60,000 nt of DNA, taken from Lama guanicoe. Taxonomy: Eukaryota. Positions within the stretch are counted from its first letter, which is position 1. Each line of letters opens with the position of its first letter. The notes under the pieces were generated by a model that searched no databases, was not told the DNA's origin, and worked only from the letters and a program-made list of their open reading frames with translations. Location of the stretch: positions 746,001-806,000 of the forward strand of contig MU054117.1 in the NCBI GenBank assembly GCA_013239625.1. Reading direction: 5' to 3'. A program made the translations under genes and the position numbers. Below, one piece after another: positions 12,052-24,139 of the stretch.

Positions 12052-12191
12052 CCGACAACCACGATGATGAAGTCGAGGAGATTCCAGCCGTTGCGCAGGT
12101 AAGCGTTCGGGTGGAAGAGGAGTCCGTAGGCAATGACTTTTAACAGCGCCTCCACAGTGAAAACGATGAGGAAGAGGTACTCCACTCGCTC
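12052..12191 (-). CDS. CACNA1C: CACNA1C (Cav1.2 alpha-1C) internal coding exon, human exon 4 equivalent; domain I S2-S3
   Basis: The minus strand translates to [46 protein letters not shown](G), a Cav1.2-type sequence (Cav1.3 reads EKVEYAF...ETFLKII). Acceptor ...ctctctgcctttgcttcccAG at 12193-12192, donor GG|GTAAGG at 12051, length 140 bp, starts in phase 0. Confidence 0.97.
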
Positions 12192-15100
12192 CTGGGAAGC
12201 AAAGGCAGAGAGGGCGGGAAACGGGCATGAGACCGGGGGTCTGGGAAGTCCCGAGCCGGCAGGTCTCTCGGTCGGTGGAGGAGAAGGCGGCCCCGCCGTG
12301 GTCGGAGCCGGGGGCCATGGGGGGGCCCCGGGGCCACATCCCAGACCCCACAGTCCCTTCCGCGCGAGAGCTCCCATCCACAGGGCTCTACGGGGGTTTT
12401 AGTCTTTAAGTGTCCTCTGTTAAAATGCAGGACTTCAGGTGGCAGAGAAGCTGCACACTTCTGAGAGCACCTTACTAATCAGCGAGTGTTTCTCTGCACC
12501 TTCTCAGGAGGGAGCACACGACACCTGAGCCACCTGAGAACGGCACGGGAGACGGTGCTGAGACGGGGCCAAGACGGAAAGGGCCACAGATTGAGTCACA
12601 AACCCCGAAGCCACAGCCGCTGAGAAGCAGAGAGCGGAAAATCTCTCAGAGCCACTGAGTCAGGGGCAGCTGCTCACAGGCACTGTCCCCGACGTGAGAG
12701 ATGACGCTCTTTTTGAGAAAACAAAACTCTCTATCCAAAGACTGGGTCGGGTCAGCAGGGACCCCACGTTTCCAGGATGGAGGCGGGCACCGGGCTGGGG
12801 GGGCCAGCCTCCTCCCTGCTCTGCCTCCGAGGAGGGGCTCTGCCGTGGGATGTCGCTGTGTCCCGGGCGCCCACACCTGGCAGGACAGACTCGCCAGCTC
12901 AGTCGGAGCAAACCTACTCGTGCTGAGTCACCGCTTCCTCCCACGAGCACTTCCTCCCACACTGTCCCCGTGCTGAGCCCCCAGCCCGCCTCTCACCGGG
13001 TTCTGGGAGAAACGGAGGCCAGCGAGGGGCACGCCCAGGACGGGAGCCAGACTTGCTGACCCGACGTCCAAGGCCCGTGCGCTTTGCTCCGTCTCCCCAG
13101 GTGCTGCAGACATTTCTCCCCGGCCCCACTTATCCCCTAAGACACAGCGGGTCAGACTCCCCCGGCCTCACGGTTTAAGGGTCTGAGATGGTGCCAAGAG
13201 GGTCCAGGGAGCCAGGGGGGAGGGTGTAGGCAAGAATCCAGGGAAGGGGCAGGTGCCTGTGGTCACAAAGTCTGGGACACAGTCCTCTACGCGGCAGGTG
13301 AGCGTGTGTGAGCGTGAGTGTGAGTGGGGCACCGCTCTTGTGAAACGCACTGTGTTGACCCTGGCAGGAGAGGCGTGGGGGCCCTTACAGAAGTAATTCC
13401 AACTCCCTCTTCAAAAGCAAGAAACAAACAAAAAAAGTAAACAAGTGAAGTGGCTTGGTCATCCTTTCTCAGCTCGCATGTTGCCATAGAAACCTTGAAG
13501 GATGGGGACCGGCATGTCTGCTGGAGGCTGCCCACTGATGCCCGGTGGTGCCCGGGTGCCCTGGCCCTGTGGATTCACAGTCCTCACGGCCGCCTCGTGC
13601 CTGAGTCCTGGGGATGCGCCGGTGTTCAGCAGGGACCCGCCGTTTCTGTGATCTCGGGAACTGGGTGACTCTGGAAGCCAACCTGGGACAGACTGCTTCC
13701 CGGTCCTCCCTTCTGTGCTGAGGTTGGGAAGGGTGGACGGGGCGTGAGAGACGCAGAGGAGAGGACAAGGCTCGGACGTCGGCCTGGATGTGCCCAGATG
13801 CAGATGCTCACGCCTGCGGGTGGGGGCGGTGGACGCCAGGGCTCCTGGAGGACCCTGCCCCCCACTCCAGACCTGGGGCTGGGGCGAGGGCCCGCCCTCC
13901 GACAGCTCCTGCCTCGTCCCACCACTTCCCCTTCCTCCTGATGCTTCTGCCCCACGCTTCCTTCCTGGTCACCCCCTCCCTTCCCTCTCCCTGCTCATCT
14001 CTTGGGGCCACCACTGGCACCTGGGCCACAGTCACCCCCACGTCTGAAACGTCAGGAGATTCAGCAGGGACGGCCCCCGTTCCCGGGACCAGGGCGTCTC
14101 CCAGCACTTGTGGGCGGCCTCGCCCCGGGGGCGCAGGCTGCCTCCCCCACTTCCCCTTTCACGCCCCCTGCCCTGCCTTCCAGCCGCACTGGGAGCGTCT
14201 ACGCGTCAGACTCCATGATTTCTGATGGTAATGATCCTGATTCTGACACCAAGCAGCTCCATGTCTTTGGAAAAGTCACTTTATATCTTGTCAGAACAAA
14301 GAAACAGTAACAATCAGGGAGACAGTTCTTCAAGGTCCCAGAAAAAAAAAACAGAGCAGCCCGGCACGTGCAGGGCTCACCGGCGCAGCCCCGGCGCCTG
14401 GGACGGGAGCGCCGTCGTTGGGAGGACACGAGCGGGCACCCCGGGCAGAGGGCGCTTCGTCTTTATTTTTAACAAGGACGCTTTTTACTTCCGGTCAGTG
14501 TGCCCTTTATTTAATAATTAAAGCAGACGTACGTGTGTGTTTGACGGGCCACAGACAAGCTGTTTCATTATTTAGCGTCAAATTCAGGTGAACGCGTGTG
14601 TAAGCCAGGACGACTTCCTACATCTCAACATGAACATTTCTTTTATCCCCTCCCTGGGTCTGTTTCTCATCTGTTGAGGAACTAGTTAAGCATTAAAGTA
14701 AATATGGTGCTACCCGCAGCTCCAGGTTTCCCCGGAGGAAACTGACCTGGAACCAGAGCGGGGCCATTTTAACCCTCACGCTAAGCTGAGCATTAAAACC
14801 AAGCACGGTCTCGCCCAGCCCCAGCCGGGACAGCAGGCGCCCCTGCCCACAGGGACAAACGCCGCTCAGTCTTCGGTCTGCTCTGGGCCAGGCAGGAGGC
14901 GCTGACCTCAGATGACCGTCTCAGGCGAGGTCTGCAGAGACCAGCCCAGACCCATCGGAGGTCAGCCCACCTCGCTCTGTGTGGGGCTCCTGGGATGGCG
15001 CCGGGCACAGAGACAAATGCCAGGGGGCAGATGTGGTGGCAGGACAGCCCCATGAGAGGCCAGCAGGGAGGCAGAGGCAGCCCCACAGCACCCAGCGTCA

Positions 15101-18100
15101 GGAGCCCGGGCTGCAGACCTGGCGTTTCTCTCCCACTGTGTGCTCCTATGACCCTCAGAGGATGAAGACATTTCTGGGCAAGGCACTTTCCGGAATCTCT
15201 TCCCCTCCACGCCCTCCCCCAGGAGCTCTCGGGGATTCCCCCCTCCCAGCTCATCAGGCTCCGGCCCCCTGCCTGCATCTTCCCTTCCCGCCTCCGCACC
15301 GGTCTCCTCCCAGCATGCCCTCCCTGCCTGGCGCTTCCGTCCGGCCTGTGTGTTCTTACTTCCCGCGGGCCGGGGGCCTCCCCATCCCAGCGCGGGGCTG
15401 CGGTGCATCTCCGGGCCCTCCTGCCCTTCCTGGCAGCCGCCCAGGCAGCCGTCTGGCTGTTCACCTGGGACTTTCATCCGCAGCCTCATGGCACGTTTTA
15501 TAGGTTTGTTATATTTAGACTCAGCTTCTGACCCACTAACTTCACAGGCTGTGTCTCCAAGGCTCACTGATGGGCAAGACTCGAAATTCAACGAGTTTCT
15601 GAAAATAGCCACGCGGGTCCGCTCTCCCCGGCACCCTGGCCCCCAGCCCTGAGCCGTGTCCTGGGTCCCCCGGCGATTCATTGGGCCTGACCTCATCTTC
15701 CCGCCCCCACAACAAACGCTTTCTAGAACACGAGCCCAAGAGAGGCACATCCAGCTGGAAGCGGGTAGAACTCCCCTCTGGCCAACGGCCCCTCGATTCC
15801 CAGGCCTCCGGGGCTTGACCGTGCCCCTGGAAGCGTTCCCTCCGCGTTCCCGCGACCTCCTCCGCCCCGCGCTGGCCTCGGCTAATCCCGGCTTCCTGTG
15901 CTTTCAGCCTTTGCCAAGTCTTCACAGTGGACAAAACAGCGGTGGTGGAGGGGCAGGATGACACAGAGAGCTGAGCGTTGCGCCAGCGGGGCCGTCCAGT
16001 CCAGGCTGGGAGCTGGCAATGATTCAGCTGTCAAGGTTAACGGCGGAGGCGAAGTCAAGGTCTGCCGTTCCCCTGGTGCCCCTCTGCCCATGTGCCCCCA
16101 CCCACCACTCTATCCTCTCTTGGGTCCTCCGCCCGCTCACAGCTCACACCCCACTGCCCCTGCCGTCCCCTCGGCTGGGCCCCTTTCTTATAATCTAGAT
16201 CATCTTACTTTCTAAGCGCAGAGATAACAAATCTCACTCAGAAATTTAAGAAAACCTGGGGTGAAATGAGGAACATGGAAGGCGGGGGTGTCCCTGCCCC
16301 CGGGGACCGTGGCCAGTCCTTGTCCTGCGCGTCCAGAGCTGTCTTCACGCTGCGCCCATTATCCTGGAGCCGCCTTTATTTTGCTGAACAGCAGGTTTCA
16401 GCCGTCTTACACGCTGCGTCCAGCACCACCTTCTGCAGCCCCGTGGGTTCCAGCCGCAGGACGGGCGGCCGGCGTTTGTTTCTGTCTGTGCACAGCCATC
16501 TCCCTCCTCGCCAGCGCTGTGCTGGCCTGGCCCTGGGGGCTGCTGGCGGCGGCTGCTCGGCCCCCTCCCTGCCCTGCACACGCCTCCCCGCCCTCAGCCG
16601 GTCGTCTGGCCGTGGCCAGAGGGTGCAGGGGGGCTCCTGGGGGTGGGTAGCCAGGGACACAGGGGCCCCAGCTGACAGCCCTGTCGGGCTCCACGCACCC
16701 CGAAGAAGGACCAGGCACCGGGGCTGGGAGCGATCTGACCAAGTCGTCCCCCACTTCACAGATCAGGAAAACGGGGGAACCCCCAGCCCAGTCTCCCAAG
16801 GAGTTAGAGGCAGCCGACCTGGGACAGCAGTTGGGGCCTGGATGCCGCACAGGGGAGCCTTCCTTCACAGCCCCCCCGACAGCCCACAGGAAGTGACCCC
16901 AGACAGACCCGAGGCTTCTCGGGGCCACCAGACAAAGAGGCGGGAGGGGTCCTGGAGCAGCGGGGCCCGCGCTGAGCACCCCGTGGGGCCCCTGGTGCCC
17001 ACTCCTCCCTGCCCCTTTCCTTGCAGGGGTGCTGGGAGACCCCTTGCACGGGGATGCCCTTTCTCCTTCTGCAGGAGCAGGGAGGTGGAGCCTCTCCGCG
17101 TGGGAGCACCCAGGTCTCCCGGGGCTGGGGCTCCAGCTCCACCCACAGGCCCAGGTCTGTGTCTCCGCTCAGCACAGGACTCACGCCCACTGCACGTGGC
17201 CCCAGCTCCACCCCTGCCCGAGCTGCCTGCAAAGGGCCACTTTCCCCCATCTCTCTGCCCCCAAGACTCCATTCCCTTGACATATTTTTAGCCAAGACAC
17301 CAAATATCCAAGAAAGAAGGAGAGAATCTGTCTCATGCTGGTGAAAATGGCCTGTCCTGCGTCTCACTTGCAAACTGCTTGACTTGTGCGCAGACCCACT
17401 GAAAGTGGAGAAACACAGGTTGTGGGCATCCATCTGTGACACTGACGGTGACCCTGATGCCAAAGACGGTGCCTGGGGTGGAGGGGGCGTCCTGACCTGT
17501 GAGGCCCACGGAGTGTGCCAGTTACAAGGAAGGGCCAACGTCCATGGAGGGGGGAGCGCGGGCGGGCGGGGTCCCCTCACCCAACTCCCCGGCGCCCCCT
17601 TCACCGGAGGCTCTGAGGCTGAGGGGGCAGTGTAGCTCCTGTCCTCCCAGTGCCAGACGGGCAACATCTCCTCAGACACACCCTTCGTCCTAGCATCACG
17701 TGTGCTGCCTGTGACGGGGGCACAGCGCCCACGGCGGGTGGGGCAGTGCGGGCGGGGTCACAGACACACCTGGGTCACAGCGCCTGGGAGGAGGCGCGTT
17801 CACGAGCTGGTGACCACCACCCCACCCTGACCACCATCTCTTCCGCTGACCGATTTTACCCAGGGTGCTCCAAACCCTGACCACCCCCCCAGCGCCTTGT
17901 GTGGATTATGTCCTTCTGACGTCACACCAGCGCCCGGACGTGGTCACAGCACCCATCCCCACGGACGAGGGAGAGGATCGCTCGCCCAGACCACGCAGAC
18001 TCTGTGCCTTCGTCGGCAGGAGGCGTTTCCGCCCAGAGAACGAGGAGGGTGAGCACAGCCTGCGTCGTGTGCGTGTGCGCACAGATGTGAAAGCACTCTG

Positions 18101-18570
18101 CAGACCGTCGACTGCTGGGGAAAGGCCGACTGGACCACCCAAAGCATAGCTTCCCTTCAGGGCAGAGAACCAGCTCATAAAATCACCTCAGGGCCACGCG
18201 ATCCTAGGGGCGGAAGGGACCTCGGGGGTCAGCGTCACGCAGTGTCCCACTCGACACGAGACTAGACACTCAGTAGGCTGGAGGAGACCTTGGGGCTGAC
18301 GTGGCTCAGAGTCAGACAGCAGCGGCCCCCAGGATGACGCAGCGCCGGGCGTGAAACCCCACCTGCTGACCCTCGTCCGGTGTGCGCTGCGTCACACAGG
18401 GAGGGCCGCCCGCCCCTCCCGGCCCGCTGGCAGATGCCACTCAGCCATCACCGTTAAGTCACTGGCCGACCCCACAACATGACCTCAGAATCCTTCTCAA
18501 CACAGCGCTCCAGGCAATGACGTCTATCTGTCAGTGCTGACTTAAAACCCTAACTCTCCCTGCGGACGCG

Positions 18571-18700
18571 CAGGGCGACCGTACGGTTTATCATCCAAAC
18601 AAGGGCGGTTTTGCGAGTGACGAGGGCACTGCTAGTAATTACTGGAGACACAGGTGTAAGCTGGGATTATCTCAGGTGAACTAGGAACTGTGGCCGCCTC
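18571..18700. mobile_element. hAT-Blackjack MITE, MER94-like
   Basis: cagggcgaccgtacggtttatcatccaaac...ttttgcgagtga...taatta...caggtgtaagctggga with a degenerate terminal inverted repeat. Confidence 0.7.
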
Positions 18701-19401
18701 CCAGAGCACCCCCCACGCCCCTGCTCCCTGCAGGTACACTGACCCAAGGATGGCCTGGCGCGGTCCTCCTGCAGGATGGTGGGGGAGGGTCCTGGGGGAA
18801 GGAGGGAGACTCTTCTGCTGAGAAAGGACGAGGCCCCCCTTGGGGTCACAGACTTGTCTGCAGGGGTGACACCAGCACTGGGTTATTTCCGCTTCCCCGT
18901 GACTCTCCCTGCAGACCCCTGGTGGGACCAGCCCCGCACCTCCCACCGGAAGCACCAGGTCTGTGAACCCCCTGCCCCTCCCCTCTTTCTCCTCCTCACC
19001 GTCAACATCGCTCCTGTGGGAGTTTAATTAACCGATTCCGAATGCGCGTGGGCCTCTGACGGAGGAGGAGTCACCTTGTTTCCTTGCTGGTAGTTAAATG
19101 GGCTACATCTGATTTCTGCTTGGGGAGATTTATGAGTGTTTTCTGTGTCTAGATGGCAAAGCTGAAAAATCAGCCTAATTGTTGATGGATTCCCCCAAGT
19201 AGAGAAACAGAGAAGGTACTCTGCTTACTGCCCAGTTCACCACGTCTCAGCACGGCCACGATGAGGGGTGGACGGTCACAGAGCGGCAGGCGCCATCGGA
19301 GACTAGCGCGGAGAGAGGGGAGGGCGTCATGAGGCGCCATGGAGAGAAAACCTTATTTTCTATTCTTTGCCTTTATATTTTCTCATTATGAAGTTTGTGG
19401 T

Positions 19402-22400
19402 GAGACAAGCCTGCCTCAAGAAACAAGAAAAATCTCAGATACACAACCAAACCTCACACCTAAAGGAACTAGAAAAAGAAGAACAAAATCCAAAGTTAGC
19501 AGAAGGAATGAAATAAAGATAACAACAGAAATAAATGAAATAGAGAATTTTTAAAAAGACTGTAGAAAAGATCGATGAAATTAAGAGCTGGTTCTTTGAA
19601 AAGATAAACAAAATTCATAGACCTGCCCCCAGGTTAGCCAGACTCGTCAAGAAAAAAAGAGAGAGGGCCCAAACCAATCAAATCAGAAAACGGAACTTAC
19701 AGTCAACACCGCAGAAACACAAAAGATCATAAGAGATCAACAATTACACACCAACAAAACGGACAATCTAGAAGACACGGACAAGTTCCTAACAACGTAC
19801 AATGTCCCAAGACCGAACCAGGAAGAAACAGAAACATGAATAGGCCAATGGCCAGAAATGAAGTTGAGTCAGTCCTTCAAAAAAGCTCCCAGGAAACAAA
19901 AATGTAGGACCAGATGGCTTCACAGGTGAATGCCACCAGACATTTAGAGGAGAGTTAACACCTAAGCTTCTGAAACTATTCCAAAAAATTGTAGAGGAAG
20001 GAACGCTTCCAAAATCATTCTAGGAGGCCAAAACCAGACAAAGACATCACAGAGAAAGAATTACAGGCCAGTATCACTGACACAAAGATCACCCACAAAA
20101 TGTTAGCAAACTGAACCAAACATGACGCTCAAAGAATCATAAACCCCCGTCCAGTGGGATTTATCCCAGGAGTGCAAGGATGGGCCAATAGCCTCAAATC
20201 CATCAAGGTGATACACCGCGGTAACAAACCGAGGCATAAAAACCACACGATCATCTCAACAGATGCAGAAAAAGCTTTTCACAAAATCCAACATCCACTT
20301 ATAATAAAAACAAAACTCTCCACAAAGTGGGCAGAGAGGGAACATACCTCATCATACTACGCATATGATAAACACACAGCTGACATCCCACTGAACAGCA
20401 AAGAGCTGACAGTACTTCTTCTAAGATCAGGAACGATGCAAGGATGCTGAATCTCACTACTCTTATGCAAAGTAGTATTGGAGTCCTAGACACAGCAATA
20501 AGGCAAGAAAAGAAGTAGCAAGGATCCAAACTGGATGGGAGGAAGTAAAGTAAACACCTGTTTGCAGACGACACGATGCTATACACAGAAAATCCTCGAG
20601 ATGCCACCAAAAACTACTAGCGCTCATAGTGAGTTCAGGATACAGGGTTAGGATACAGAAGTCTGTTGTATTTCTATACACTAACCGTGATCTATTGGAA
20701 AGAAAAACTAAGGAAACAATCCCACTTAAAACAGGATCAAAAAGAATAATATACCTAAGAATAAACCTACCTAAGGAGGTAAAAGGTTTGTATTCAGAAA
20801 ACCGTAAGACGCCAGTGAAAGAAACTGAAGATGCCCCAAACATGGAAAGATATACCATGTTCTTGGACTGGAAGCATCAATCTTGTTAAAATGACCACAC
20901 TACCCAGTCTACAGATTCAATGCAATCCTTATCAAAACACCAATGTCATTTTTCACAGAACTAGAACAAAAATTTTTTTAAATTTATATGAAAACACCGA
21001 AGGCCCTGAATAGCCAAAATAATCTTGACAAAGAAGAACAGAGCTGGAGGAATCGTGCTCTCTGACTTCAGACTACACTACAGAGCTACAGCCGTCAGAA
21101 CAGCACGGCACTGGCATAAAAACAGACACACGGATCAATGGAACAGTATAGAATGTCCAGAAATAAACCCACACACTGATGGTCAATTAATCTACGACAA
21201 AGGAAGCAAGAATATACAATGGAGGAAAGACAGGCTCTTCAACGAGTGGTGCTGGGAAAACTGGACAGCTACCTGTAAAAGGCTGAAATGAGAACGTTCT
21301 CTAACACCATATACAAAAATAAACTCAAAATGGTTTAAAGGCTTAAAAATAACAACACCATAAAACTCCTGGAAGAGAACACAGGCAAAACATTCTCAGA
21401 CATAAACTGTAGCAATGTTTTCTTAAACCAGTCTCCCCAAGGCAAAAAAATAAAGGCAAAAATAAACAAATGGGACCTAATCAAACTTAAAAACCTTTGC
21501 ACAGCAAAGGAAACCATCAACAAAATGAAAAGACAGCCTACAGAGGGGAGAAGATACTTGTAAACGATGTGACTGACAAGGGGCTACCATCCAAAACATA
21601 CAGACAGCTCATAAAACTCAGTATCAAAACCCCACAAGCAACCCAATAAAAAAATAGGCAGAAGACCTAAACAGACATTTTTCCAAAGGAGACAAAAGGA
21701 CGGCCAACAGGCACATGAGAAGATGATCAATACTGCAAATACTTAGAGAAATGCAGATCAAAAGCACAACGAGGTGTCACTTCACAGCGGTCAGAATGGC
21801 CATCGTCAGAAAGTCTGATGAGGCTGTGGAGAAAAGGGAACCTTCCTACACTGTTGGTGGGAATGTAAATTGATGCAGCCACTGTGGAACACAGTATGGG
21901 AGTTCCTCAAAAAACTAAAAATAGAACTACCGTATGACCCAACAATTCCACTCCTGGGTATAAATCTGAAAAAAATGAAAACACTCATTCAAGAAGGTAC
22001 GTGCACCCCAATGTTCTATTTGTACATGGAAAGACATGGAAGCAACCTAAGTGCCCATCGGAAGGTGAACGGATACAGAAGATGTTGAATACATACACAA
22101 CGGAATACTACTCAGCCATGAAAAATTGTGAAAATTTGCCACCTGCAATAATGTGGATGGACCTGGAGGGTATTATGCTAACTCAGACAGAGGAGCGTGA
22201 ATGTTATCACTTATATGTGGGGTCTAAGAATAAAACAAACTAGTGAATATAACAAAAAAGGGACAGACTCACAGATACAGAGAACACACTAGTGGATACC
22301 CGTGGGGAGGGGGAGGGGTGAGATGGGGGCAGGGGGTTAAGAGGTACAAACCATTCGTATGAAAGAAGTTACGAGGATACATTGTACAGCACGGGAACAC

Positions 22401-22427
22401 AGCCAATACTTTGCAGCGACTTTAAAG
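19402..22427 (+). mobile_element. 5'-truncated L1 (ORF2 RT and C-terminal domains plus 3'UTR), frameshifted and inactive, antisense to CACNA1C
   Basis: ORF pieces GFIPGVQGW...IISTDAEKAFHKIQHP, SGTMQGC, FADD at about 20561-20572, [11 protein letters not shown]...[12 protein letters not shown] and [29 protein letters not shown]; many stops and frameshifts; G-rich 3'UTR; no poly(A) tail left. Confidence 0.96.
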
Positions 22428-22734
22428 GACCCCGCGAGGGTCCTCCCTCCCCTGTGGCCACGGGGCTCCCCCACGTGACCCCAGCACAGGGACCCAAATC
22501 GTCGCCACGGGAAGCCCGTGTCTCCCCCCGAGTTTACACGTGCCTGAGTCTCTGATCATCTCAGTAAAACACCCAGTCCGAGTGCTGAATCATCAAGGAC
22601 CTGGGCGCCGTGCTAGTCCTTCTCAAGGAAATGCTGACGTGATGGAGCCAGTGAGGTGAGGACAGAAAGGGGGTGGAGCACCTGCCACGCGTGGACCCCG
22701 GAAATCCACGTGCTCCCGTCCCACGGTGACGGGT

Positions 22735-22830
22735 GTTCCCCCCGGCAGATGAGGAAACCGAGGCCCAGAGGAGTCGAGCGACCTGTCCTGCCTGCATCTC
22801 CAGGCCCCGCTGCCCGGCCCTCACGCAGGG
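22735..22830 (-). mobile_element. MIR fragment
   Basis: cagatgaggaaaccgaggcccagagg. Confidence 0.7.
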
Positions 22831-23329
22831 CAGGGCCCTGGGAGCCGGGCGGGCGGGTGACTTCACGTCCACCGGTCTCTCCTCCTCAGGGGCTCACGTT
22901 TAGCGCGAGAGGAAATCACACACTCAGGGCAAGGCGGGATGGGTGGGACGCAGCTCGGGCAGAGGAAGGAAGGAGCCCTGCTCGGGGGCGGGGGCCACCG
23001 CACGCTGGTTCGGGGGCCGGTGGCAGTGGGACGGGAGAGAGACAGCTGGACGGGGCTGGATTTGGCCAGGGCGGCATCGAAGCCCAGGCCCAGCAGCTGA
23101 GCGGTCCTGCTGTGAGTGGTTTCGTCGCTGCGGGCTCTGCGACAGCGGGGGGTGGCGTCTATCAGAGCCGGGCTGACACACGTCCTCGCCCGTGAGTCCA
23201 CATTTCCGTCTCAGGTGCCTCCTCTGACAGGGCAGTGCGCTCACACGGCAGGTCACGCAGCAGAGGGGAGGGTGCGGGAGGGCGGGCGGAGGGAGAGCCA
23301 GGACTTGGCCACAGTCTAGCAGGTTGCGT

Positions 23330-23353
23330 TCACTCACTCACTCACTCACTCAC
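23330..23353. repeat. (TCAC)6 tetranucleotide repeat, possibly a GC-shifted L2 (TCAT)n tail
   Basis: tcactcactcactcactcactcac. Confidence 0.85.
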
Positions 23354-24139
23354 TCGTTCCCCGAGGGAGCGCCGGGCAGGCCCCAGCGCTGACTGGCGTT
23401 GCCGGTGTCTCTTTCTCCCGGCCCCTTAGCTTATCGCAGGAGCTACACCTACATTCCAATTGTCAGATTTGGGTGTTCCTCAGTCCTTCCTCAGTGCTGC
23501 CTCCTCGCACTCACTCCACAACGTCCGCCTGCCCCAGGGCGCCAGGCCCTGATGGGGGCTGTGTGGGAGCGGCCAGCACTTCCTCTCTGCTCTGGCCCAG
23601 GCCCCGGAGATGGCCTGTCTGGTGCCCAGTGTTCCTCTGGACTGCACTAGGCTGGGTGGGCGGTGGCGGTGCTGGGACGTTACCTGGGCCGGCTGCTCCG
23701 CTGCCCAGGAGCACCCTGTCCAGGCCCCGAGCTCACGCTGTGCGTGGAGCCTGTCCCCCTGCAGAGCTGGCTGTAGGGGCTGGGGGGTGGTCCCAGGAGG
23801 GGGGTGGGGTTGGGGGGGCTTGAAAGCATCAGTAGCAGGTGTCTGCTTGGGTTCGTGGCTCCCTGTAAGGTTGGTGTTGGTGGGGGGGTGGGCCAAGGCC
23901 CCCCCAGACACCCCAGCTGCACTCCAGGGCCCTGTCGGACCTGCATGCAGGGCGTGTCTACCTGCCAGTGGACGGGACAGAGTCTTCGGTGTCCGCTCAC
24001 TCTCCCCAAAGGGGTTGCCGTTCCCGTGGTGGGAGGCGCTCCGAGAGTCGGGTGGGGGCTGTGCTGGGTCATTGGGGGAGGAGAGGGCCCCTCACTGAGG
24101 AAGCTGCTCTCCCCGTGGACCCCGTGGCCATTTTGGAAA

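Noticed and set aside
12192..12377. N-terminal extension of the ORF containing exon 4 (MGALARKG...)
   Set aside because: This is intronic read-through upstream of a canonical acceptor. Similarity to Cav1.2 starts exactly at the AG.
16266..17291. 341-aa ATG-initiated ORF
   Set aside because: It has no domain and a Pro/Gly/Arg-rich composition typical of GC-rich non-coding DNA. Overlapping ORFs are open in several frames.
19402..22427. Possible active reverse-transcriptase system
   Set aside because: This is an ordinary 5'-truncated L1 with numerous stops and frameshifts and no endonuclease domain, ORF1 or promoter.
23770..23900. G-quadruplex-capable G-runs (also about 27482-27512, 50165-50185 and 57741-57770)
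   Set aside because: They are ubiquitous at this GC content, one is the standard L1 3'UTR G-tract, and nothing singles them out.
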